DNA of 20,000 nt from Malacoraja senta (lineage: Eukaryota), in contig JAXLNO010000352.1 of NCBI GenBank assembly GCA_038087875.1, positions 52,333 to 72,332 on the forward strand, read 5' to 3'. Of the stretch, positions 11,814-20,000 are shown piece by piece. Under the pieces are notes generated by a model. That model made no database searches. It saw nothing but the letters and a program-made list of their open reading frames with translations, and was not told where the DNA came from. The position numbers and the translations under genes were made by a program. Numbering within the stretch: position 1 is the first letter of the stretch; each line of letters begins with the position of its first letter.

Positions 11814-14600
11814 GCTGAATTTTCGTCCCTTTTCACGTTCAGAAATGTTGTCACTTTTCGCGTGCTGAATTTTCGTCACCTTTCGCATCTTGAAGATTCG
11901 TTGCATTTCGCCTGCTGAACTTTCGTCACTTTTCGCGTGCTAAATTTTTGTCAATTTTCGTGTCCTGAATTTTTATCGCTTTGTGCAGGCTGATTTTTCG
12001 TCGATTTTCGTGTGCTGAAAGTTTGTCGCTTTTCATGTCCTGAAATATCGTCGCTTTGTGCGTGCTGAATTTTTGTCGCTTTTCGCATGCTGAATTTTCG
12101 TTGCCTTTCGTGTGCTTCATTTTCATTGCCTTTCACGTGCTTCATTTTCATTGCCTTTCGCGTACTTCATTTTCATCACTTTTCGCGTCCTGAAGGTTCG
12201 TCGCTTTTCGCATGCTGAAGTTTCGTCGCTTTTCGCATCATGAATTTAAGTCGCTTTTCATGTGATGAATTATCGTCGCTTTTCGCGTGTTTCATTTTCA
12301 TCACTTTTCGCATACTGAAGGTTCGTTGTTTTTCGCATGCTGAATTTACGTCACTTTTCCAGTGCTTCATTTTCATCGCTTTTCGCGTCCTGAAGGTTCG
12401 GCGCTTTTCGCATGCTGAAGTTTCGTCGATTTTCGCATGCTGAATTTTCGTCACTTTTCGCGTGCTGAATTTTCGTCGCTTTTCACGTTCTGAAATGTCT
12501 TCACTTTTCGCGTGCTTAATTTTCGTCGCTTTTCTCGTGCTGAATTTTCGTCGTGTTTCCCATGCTGAATTTTCATCTGTTTTCTCTTTCTGAAACTTCG
12601 TTACTTTTCGCGTGCTAAATTTACGTCGCTTTACGCATCCTGAAGGTTCATCACTTTTGTTGTGTTGAATTTTCATCGTTTTTCGCAAGCGGAATTTTCG
12701 TCACTTTTCACGTGCTGTATTTTTGTCACTTTTCGCATGCTGAATTTTCATTGCTTTTCACGTGCTGAATTTTCGTCGCTTTTCGCATGCAGAATTTTCG
12801 TCGCTTTTCGCGTCCTGAATGTTCGTCGCTTTTCGCCTGCTGAATTTCGTCACTTATTCGGCCCTTGTCTCATTCTGAAATTTCGTCACTTTTCGCGTGC
12901 TGAATTTTTGGTCGCTTTTCGCCTCCTGAAGGTTCATCATTTTTCACGTGATGAAATTTGATTGCTTTTTGCAGGCTGAATTTTTGTTGCTTTTCATGTG
13001 CTGAAATTTTGTCGCTTTTCACGTGCTGAAATGTTCGTTGCTTTATGTCCTGATGTTTTGTTGCTTTTCGCGTCCTGAATTTACATCGCTTTTTGTGTGC
13101 TGAATTTTCATCGCTTTTTGCGTGCTGTATTTTTGTAGGTTTTCGCAGGCTGAATTTTCGTCCCTTTTCACGTTCAGAAATGTTGTCACTTTTCGCGTGC
13201 TGAATTTTCGTCACCTTTCGCATCTTGAAGATTCGTTGCATTTCGCCTGCTGAACTTTTGTCACTTTTCGCGTGCTAAATTTTCGTCAATTTTCGTGTCC
13301 TGAATTTTTATCGCTTTGTGCAGGCTGATTTTTCGTCGATTTTCGTGTGCTGAAAGTTTGTCGCTTTTCATGTCCTGAAATATCGTCGCTTTGTGCGTGC
13401 TGAATTTTTGTCGCTTTTCGCATGCTGAATTTTCGTTGCCTTTCGTGTGCTTCATTTTCATTGCCTTTCACGTGCTTCATTTTCATTGCCTTTCGCGTAC
13501 TTCATTTTCATCACTTTTCGCGTCCTGAAGGTTCGTCGCTTTTCGCATGCTGAAGTTTCGTCGCTTTTCGCATCATGAATTTAAGTCGCTTTTCATGTGA
13601 TGAATTATCGTCGCTTTTCGCGTGTTTCATTTTCATCACTTTTCGCATACTGAAGGTTCGTTGTTTTTCGCATGCTGAATTTACGTCACTTTTCCAGTGC
13701 TTCATTTTCATCGCTTTTCGCGTCCTGAAGGTTCGGCGCTTTTCGCATGCTGAAGTTTCGTCGATTTTCGCATGCTGAATTTTCGTCACTTTTCGCGTGC
13801 TGAATTTTCGTCGCTTTTCAAGTTCTGAAATTTCTTCACTTTTCGCGTGCTTAATTTTCGTCGCTTTTCTCATGCTGAATTTTCGTCGTGTTTCCCATGC
13901 TGAATTTCCCATGTTTCCCATCTGTTTTCTCTTTCTGAAACTTCGTTACTTTTCGCGTGCTAAATTTGCGTCGCTTTACGCATCCTGAAGGTTCATCACT
14001 TTTGTTGTGTTGAATTTTCATCGTTTTTCGCAAGCGGAATTTTCGTCACTTTTCACGTGCTGTATTTTTGTCACTTTTCGCATGCTGAATTTTCGTTGCT
14101 TTTCACGTGCTGAATTTTCGTCGCTTTTCGCATGCAGAATTTTCGTCGCTTTTCGCGTCCTGAATGTTCGTCGCTTTTCGCCTGCTGAATTTCGTCACTT
14201 ATTGCGGTTAAATATTCGTCCCTTGTCTCATTCTGTAATTTCGTCACTTTTCGCGTGCTGAATTTAATGTCGCTTTTCGCCTCCTGAAGGTTCATCATTT
14301 TTCACGTGATGAAATTTGATTGCTTTTTGCAGGCTGAATTTTTGTTGCTTTTCATGTGCTGAAATTTTGTCGCTTTTCACGTGCTGAAATTTTCGTTGCT
14401 TTATGTCCTGATGTTTTGTTGCTTTTCGCGTCCTGAATTTACATCGCTTTTTGTGTGCTGAATTTTCATCGCTTTTTGCGTGCTGTATTTTTGTAGGTTT
14501 TCGCGTGCTGAATTTTCGTCACCTTTCACATCTTGAAGATTCGTTGCATTTCGCCTGCTGAATTTTCATCAATTTTTGCGTGCTGAATTTTCGTCGATTT
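11629..14600. repeat. ~1.34-kb higher-order tandem unit: copy A 11629-12963, copy B 12964-14321, partial diverged copy C from 14322
   Basis: The ORF-track offset is 1335 (11926/13261, 12240/13575) and becomes 1345 after an insertion at ~13905-13920 (12662/14007). It reaches 1358 after a 13-bp indel near 14201-14213. Each unit starts GCTTTTTGCAGGCTGAATTTTTGTTGC. Confidence 0.92.
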
Positions 14601-17289
14601 TCGTGTCCTGAAAGCTCGTCACTTTTCATGTGCTGAATTTTTATCGCTTTGCGCAGTCTGATTTTTCATTGATTTCCGCGCTGAAATTTTGTCGCTTTTC
14701 ACGTCCTGATATATAGTCGCTTTATGTTTTGTAGATTTTCGCATGCTGAATTTTCGTCACATTTCACGTGCTGAATTTTCTTGGCTTTTCACGTTCTGAA
14801 ATTTTGTCACTTTTCGCGTGCTGAATTTTCGTGGCTTTTCGCATCCTGAAGATTTGTCACATTTCGCCAGCTGAATTTTCCTCACTTTTCGCGTGCTGAA
14901 TTTTCGTCGATTTTCGTGTCCTGAAAGCTCGTCACTTTTCATGTGCTGAATTTTTATGGCTTTGCGCAGGCTGATTTTTAGTCGATTTTCATGTACTGAA
15001 ATTTCGTCGCTTATCACGCCCTGAAATATCATCGCTTTATACATGCTGAATTTTTGTCGCCTTTCGCGTGCCTCATTTTCATCGCCTTTCACTGGCTTCA
15101 TTTTCATCGCCTTTCGCATACTTCATTTTCATCACTTTTCGCGTCCTGAAGGTTCGTTGCTTTTCACATGCTGAAGTTTCGTCGCTTTTCGCATCCTGAA
15201 TTTACGTCGCTTTTTATCTGTTGAATTATCGTCGCTTTTCGCGGGTTTCATTTTCATCACTTTTCGCACAAAGAAGGGTCGTCGCTTTTTGCATGCTGAA
15301 TTTTCGTCGCTTTTCCAGTGCTTCACTTTGATCGCTTTTCGCGTCCTGAAGGTTCATCGCTTTTCGCATGCTGAATTTTCGTCGATTTTCACGTGCTGAA
15401 TTTTTGTCACTTTTTGCAGGCTGAGATTTCGTCGCTTTTCACGTGCTGTATTTTCGTCACTTTTCGCATGCTGAATATTCGTCGCTTTTTGCGTGCTGAA
15501 TTTTTGTCGCCTTTCGCGAGCTGAATTTTCATAGTTTTCCCGTGCTTCATTTTCATCGCTTTTCGCGTGCTGAAGGTGCATACCTTTTCGTGTGCTGAAA
15601 TTTCGTCACTTTTCACATGCCGAATTTTCATCGCCTTTCGCGTGCTTCATTTTCATTGCCTTTTGTGTGCTTCATTTTCATCACTTTTCGCGTCCTGAAC
15701 GTTCGTCGCTTTTCGCATGCTGAAGTTTTGTCGCGTTTCACGTTCTAAATTTACATCGCTTTTCGTGTGCTGAATTTTCGTCGTTTTTGCTTGCTTCATT
15801 TTCATCACTTTTCACATATTGAAGGTTCGTCGCTTTTAGCATGCTGAATTTTCGTCGCTTTTCGCGTGATGAATTTTCGTCGCTTTTTTCTTTCTGAAAT
15901 TTCGTTACTTTTCGCGTGCTGAATTTAATGTCACTTTTCACGTCCTGAAGGTTCATCACTTTTGTCCTGCTTAATTTTCATCGTGTTTCGCACGCTGAGT
16001 TTTCGTCGCCTTTCACGTGCTGTATTTATGTCACTTTTCGCATGCTGAATTTTCATTGCTTTTCACGTGCTGAATTTTCTTCACTTTACGCGTGCTGGAT
16101 TTTCATTGCATTTCGCGTCCTGAGTGTTCGTCGCTTTTCGCAGGCTGATTTTTCGTCGATTTTTATGTGCTGAAATTTCGTCGCTTTTCATCTCCTGAAA
16201 TATCGTCACTTTATGCGTGCTGAATGTTTGTCCTTTTTGACGATCTGAATTATCAGCGCTTTTCGCAGACTGAATTTTCACGTGCTTCATTTTCGTCACC
16301 TTTCGCGTGCTTCACTTTCATCACTTTTTGCGTCCTGAAAGGTCGTCGCTTTTCGCATGCTGAAGTTTCGTCGCTTTTCCCTTCCTGAATTTACGTCGCT
16401 TTTCGTGTGCTGAATTTTCTTCGCTTTCGCGTGCTTCATTTTCATCCCTTTCCGCATACTGAAGGTTTGTTGCTTTTAACATGCTAAATTTTTGTCTCTT
16501 TTCCCGTGCTTCATTTTCATCGCTTTTCACTTACTGAAGGTTCGTCGCTTTTCACATGCTGAATTTTCATCGCTTTTTGCATGCTGAATTTTCGTCGCTT
16601 TTCTCGTTCTGAAATTTTCGTCGCTTTATGTCCCGATGTTTTGTTGCTTTTCGCGTCCTGAATTTATGTTGCTTTTTGTGTGCTGAATTTTCATTGCTTT
16701 TCGCATCCTGAAGTTTCGTCCCTTTTCGCCTGCTGTATTTTCCTCACTTTTTGCGTGCTGAATTTTTGTCGAATTTCGTGTCCTGAAAGCTCGTCACTTT
16801 TCATGTGCTGAATTTTTATCGCTTTTCGCAGTCTGATTTTTCGTCGATTTTCGTGTGCTGAAATTTCGTCGCTTTTCACGTCCTGCGATATCGTAGTTTT
16901 ATGCGTGCGGAATTTTTGTCACTTTTCGCATGATGAATTTTCGTCACCTTTCGCATGCTTCATTTTCATCGCCTTTTGCGTGCTTCATTTTCATCACTTT
17001 TCGCGTCCTGAAGGATCGTCGCTTTTCGCATGCTCAAGTTTCGTCGCTTTTCGCTTCCTGAATTTACGTCGCTTTTAGTTTCCTGATTTATCGTCGCTTT
17101 TCCCGTGTTTCATTTTCATCACTTTTCCAGTGCTTCATTTTCATCGCTTTTCACGTCATGACGGTTCGTCGCTTTTCGCATGCAGAATTTTTCATCGATT
17201 TTCACATGCTGAATATTCGTCACTTTTGGCGTGCTGAATTTTCGTTGCTTTTCATGTTCTGTAATTACGTCACTTTTCACATGCTGAAT

Positions 17290-17938
17290 AGGTACCATTG
17301 TAGCGCCATTAGAGCGCATGAGATATAGGCCGGGTGGCCAGTAGACTGGAAAGTCAGACCGGAGGATCCCCGATTCAGGCAGATAGTTTATTATATTCAG
17401 AACCGCCTTGCGAGGCCAGCGCAGGGAATGCCTGGGGAAGGTCCAGATTTAGCGTTGGCCTACAGGAGAGCTAGCATATGAAGAGCCAGCGTAGGGAGTA
17501 CTTGGGAAGTTCCGGTTCAGCGCCGGCCTACATGTGAGCCAGTGTGAGCAATGCCTGGTTTAAGGCAATTTTTATGCGTTGGTCTACAGGAGAGCCAGCG
17601 CCAACTATGTCTGGAGAGGACAGTTTAAGCATTGGCCTACAGGTAAGCCAGCGCCAGCAGCACCTGAAAGAGGGCTGCCAATGCATGGGCCTACAGGAGC
17701 CCGCACGGCGAGCACCTGGAAAATGGTTTACTATGCGTAGGCCTATGGGAGAGCCAGCGCTAGAAACACCTGAAGCAGTATGTCATTTCGCCCCTCCATG
17801 AGAAGGATTATTTCATACAAAAATTCAGTAAACGAATCATGAGGACTAGCGCCCAATAACAGTGCCGAAACGACCAGATTTGGCACAATATATCAAAGTT
17901 GTGGTTCCAAATTATAAGGGGAACCATTGGAAGATAAA
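17290..17938 (+). mobile_element. Older, degenerate internal gag fragment of a DIRS-like retrotransposon, paralogous to ~18360-19020
   Basis: Colinear similarity to the downstream copy. GTAGACTGGAAAGTCAGACCGGAGG (17341) matches GTAGACTCGGATGAGTCAGACCCGGAGG (18363). Both carry the same ~54-bp GGCCTACAGGAGAGCCAG repeats. ATGAGGACTAGCGCCCAATAACAGTGCCGAAA (17839) matches ATGAGGTTGAGAGCCCATTATCAGAGCTGAAA (~18922). GGGGAACCATTGGAAGATAAA (17918) matches GGGGAACCTTTGAGGGAGGAA (~18997). Confidence 0.8.
17457..17790 (+). repeat. Degenerate ~54-bp minisatellite (about 6 units) in the first gag fragment
   Basis: The core GGCCTACAGGAGAGCCAG or a variant occurs at 17457, 17525, 17581, 17634, 17688 and 17740. 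Confidence 0.85.
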
Positions 17939-17949
17939 TTTTACTTCGG

Positions 17950-17965
17950 AGTCACGTGAGTGACT
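17950..17965 (+). other. Terminal hairpin AGTCAC-GTGA-GTGACT overlapping the palindrome TCACGTGA
   Basis: A perfect 6-bp stem with a 4-nt GTGA loop, 11 nt from the putative element end. Function is inferred only. Confidence 0.5.
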
Positions 17966-18036
17966 ACGTGAAGAAGACCCCGTCCAGCCGCACACGCGTC
18001 ATTATCTATCAGACGCATAGCGTTCATGACCGTGTG

Positions 18037-18058
18037 TGGAGGAGCAGCAGCTCCTCCA
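18037..18058 (+). other. Perfect 9-bp stem-loop TGGAGGAGC-AGCA-GCTCCTCCA in the element leader
   Basis: The inverted repeat is read directly from the sequence. Function is unknown. Confidence 0.55.
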
Positions 18059-18176
18059 GGCGGTGAGTAAAGCAAATTTAAAGTAAAAATCGGACAAGGT
18101 AAGTGGTTTCGTTTTTACTTACAGGGCGCTTTTCTTCCCGCTCAGACGTGTTGGCAGAGGTCCACACAAACTCAGA

Positions 18177-19650
18177 ATGGAGAAATGGCGTAGGGGATGG
18201 AGAGGCCAGGGACGCACCGCAGGTAAAACTCACGATGATAAGGGTAGCGGGCGTCAGGAAGAGGAGGCAGTGGCATCGAAGCCATCAACTCCCGTTACGG
18301 TCGAATGTGTCGTTAAACCGCTGGCGGCGGGGCGCAAGGCAGGACAAAAGTCGGCCTGACCTGTAGACTCGGATGAGTCAGACCCGGAGGTATACCCTCC
18401 TGCAGCAGAAAACGTTATGGCTGCAAGGGTCGCCAGTTTAGAGCTCCTGATGGGGATTTACAAAGAACCCCCATAGGAGGAATCAGGTCGGTGTTGGCCA
18501 ATGGTGGATACAGCACAGGGTGTGCCTTAGTTGAGACAGGCACAAGGGTGGCCTACAGGAGAGCCATCAGAAATGACTGTGCAAAGGTATTACAGTGGTT
18601 GGCCTACAGGAGAGCCAGTGCCAGAAATGCCTGAAAAAAGGCAGTATATGTGCTGGCCTACTGAAGAGCCAGTACCAGAAATGTCTCAAAAAAGACAGTA
18701 CAAACGTACTTACTTATGTGCCAGCACCGAAAGTTCCTAAAGGGAAAATTATGAAGCGTTGGCCTAGAGTTGAGCCAGCGCCAGCAGCACCTGAAACAGG
18801 GCTGCCTATCCGTGGGCCTATAAGAGAGCCCGCGCAGGGGATCTGGCATAGACTTACCTGAAACAGGGAGCCAGAATTTGCCAAACCTGAATAGGAACAT
18901 CTAGATTTAGAAGATGAATTCTATGAGGTTGAGAGCCCATTATCAGAGCTGAAAGTTCCTGGACTAGCACAAAAGTTTGCTGTTCCTAGAATAAAGGGGG
19001 AACCTTTGAGGGAGGAAATAGCAATGACTATAAACCATCTACTCTCACATCAGCTCCAGGAAGTAACTATGGATGAGACTGAAACAGTACGAGGCCCAGC
19101 AAATTTTGAATTGCTGACAGTTCCAGCAGTAAATAACTTGATTTGGGATTATTTGAGCATTGGTTTACGGTCACAAGAATTGAAATTGCAACGTGTATTG
19201 AAATTGCTGGTGTCAGGCATCACGGCATTTGCCAGAGGTTTGGATGATGATTATGTATCAGATTCACAACAAGATGCTCTAGCACTGATGTGTGGTGCAC
19301 ATTTTTGAAATAAATTATATTCGTAAAAATGCAATAAGACCAAATGTTCATCCTAAGTATGCAGGGCTCTGCAAACCAACCAACATACAAATGCCTAAGC
19401 TGCTGTTTGGAGAAAATCTAGCAAAGAAGCTAAAAGGACTTGAATGAAGAGTCAAGAACCTTGAGTGGCATGATGATGAAACCACCGATGATGAGCAGAG
19501 CGGTGCGAAGGCAGTATCCCTACAGGCGGAATACTGGTGCTGGAGAAGGAACAAGCCGATCATTCTCGTATACACGTTGGCGTGCTGCACCGGGGACACG
19601 TGGAGGTTACAATGTGCCTACCAGAAGCGGACAATTGCCGGTGGCAAACC
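18177..19650 (+). pseudogene. Disrupted gag-like ORF1 of the DIRS element
   Basis: ATG at 18177. In-frame stops at 18357, 18474, 18528, 18859 and 18892; frameshifts near 18710, 19302-19306 and 19432-19435. The reconstructed C-terminal part, GEPLREEIAMTINHLL...PANFELLTVPAVNNLIWDYL...KLQRVLKLLVSG...DALALMCGAHF/EINYIRKNAIRPNVHPKYAGLC...LLFGENLAKKL, fits the DIRS ORF1 pattern I recall (P.N..L..P.VN..IW; DALAL; Y..LC; LFG..L). The 3' limit is approximate. Confidence 0.8.
18496..18860 (+). repeat. Coding ~54-bp minisatellite (about 7 units) giving an 18-aa WPTGEP(A/V)PxxPE repeat in ORF1
   Basis: Cores at 18496, 18550, 18601, 18655, 18761 and 18815 (spacing 54, 51, 54, 106, 54). The peptides are WPTGEPSEM..., WPTGEPVPEMPEK..., WPTEEPVPEMSQK..., WPRVEPAPAAPET... 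and GPIREPAQG. Confidence 0.88.
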
Positions 19651-19706
19651 CCGAGGTAGGGGGTCCTGGTCTGGTAAGGAATACAATAAATGTTTCACAT
19701 TCACAA

Positions 19707-20000
19707 ATAGGGGGAAGGTTACGATTCTTCCTAAAAGAATGACAGTTAATAACAAATGATTCATTTATTCTAAATAGCATTGTAGGATTCAAAATTGAGT
19801 TTCTATCCACATTTGGATCCTCCAAGGCAAGAAAATTCAAACTGGTCACGAATTTTCTCAAAAGAAGAGAATAAGTTGATCAAAGGAGAATTAGAAACTT
19901 TAACCAAAAAGGGGGTAATAGAGAAGTCAGTAGAACAACACCATCAGTTTGTATCAAATATTTTTCCAAGAACAAAAAAGGATGGTGGATGTAGAATCAT
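19707..20000 (+). pseudogene. N-terminus of DIRS-type reverse transcriptase (pol), disrupted and cut by the window end
   Basis: IGGRLRFFLKE*QLITNDSFILNSIVGFKIEF, where TGA at 19740 replaces the usual Trp. After a +1 frameshift near 19812-19814 it reads DPPRQ...FSKEENKLIKGELETLTKKGVIEKSVEQHHQFVSNIFPRTKKDGGCRI. This matches the GGRL..F...W...GY.I.F and F.S.IF...KKDG..R motifs of DIRS RTs. Confidence 0.92.

Larger units (their letters stand above)
1..17289. repeat. 25-bp tandem satellite array (consensus GCTGAATTTTCGTCGCTTTTCGCGT), ~17 kb, continuing off the 5' edge of the window
   Basis: GCTGAA/TTTTCG motifs recur with a 25-bp period throughout, in one orientation. The consensus has 11 T, 2 A and 4 CpG. 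The array ends abruptly at ...ACATGCTGAAT (17289), followed by unrelated AGGTACCATTG. Confidence 0.98.
17939..20000 (+). mobile_element. DIRS-like (tyrosine-recombinase class) retrotransposon, 5' portion, degenerate, running off the window
   Basis: The order is leader -> gag-like ORF -> DIRS-type RT N-terminus. The putative 5' terminus TTTTACTTCGGAGTCACGTGAGTGACTACGTGAAGA lies exactly where homology of the upstream gag fragment stops. The YR gene, ICR and 3' terminus are not in the window, so the class rests on gag/RT motifs. Confidence 0.88.

Noticed and set aside
1..17289. Dozens of 60-170 aa ORFs on both strands
   Set aside because: They are translations of the 25-bp satellite (25-aa periodicity, overlapping frames, frequent stops) with no domain content.
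1..17289. CRISPR-like array of ~25-bp repeats
   Set aside because: The repeats are contiguous and degenerate, with no unique spacers and no cas genes, and the context is eukaryotic retroelements.
1..17289. CENP-B box resemblance (TTCG...CG)
   Set aside because: The box requires TTCGnnnnAnnCGGG. The consensus has 8 rather than 7 nt between TTCG and the next CG, and it lacks the A and the GGG.
17902..17926. Inverted repeat TGGTTCC/GGAACCA enclosing TATAA, as a possible promoter of the downstream element
   Set aside because: It lies in sequence homologous to gag coding region (VP..KGEPL) of the older copy, and the stem is not preserved in the paralogue at ~18982-19005.
17340..19020. The two similar segments as LTRs or split direct repeats of one element
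   Set aside because: They are strongly diverged and correspond to internal ORF1 coding sequence, not to termini.
18103..19861. ORFs 18103-18366 (+), 18658-18900 (-), 19348-19599 (-), 19577-19759 (+) and 19607-19861 (-)
   Set aside because: They are alternative-frame or antisense shadows of the gag/RT pseudogene with no recognisable motifs.
19707..20000. RT as a Ty3/Gypsy pol or a prokaryotic RT (retron/DGR)
   Set aside because: No protease motif precedes the RT, and the GGRL..F...W leader and upstream ORF1 motifs fit DIRS. The catalytic YxDD region is outside the window, so finer classification is not possible.

Overview
This is eukaryotic, probably fish/vertebrate, repeat DNA with no intact protein-coding gene. 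Positions 1-17289 are one head-to-tail satellite array of a 25-bp, T-rich, CpG-rich monomer (consensus GCTGAATTTTCGTCGCTTTTCGCGT). The array shows heavy CpG->TpG/CpA decay and nested higher-order structure: a nearly perfect 3206-bp tandem duplication, a ~1.34-kb tandem unit and several smaller block duplications. A ~190-bp 5'-truncated L2-like non-LTR 3' end is inserted at 2828-3020 on the minus strand. From ~17290 to the window end there are two DIRS-type (tyrosine-recombinase) retrotransposon copies. An older gag fragment (~17290-17938) is cut off mid-gag by a second, related, degenerate copy that starts at ~17939 and runs leader -> gag-like ORF with an 18-aa repeat -> N-terminus of reverse transcriptase. 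I found no new enzymatic system. The notable points are the DIRS-into-DIRS nesting at a satellite edge (a possible centromeric/pericentromeric boundary) and the layered satellite amplification record. All alignments were made by eye and no database search was run.
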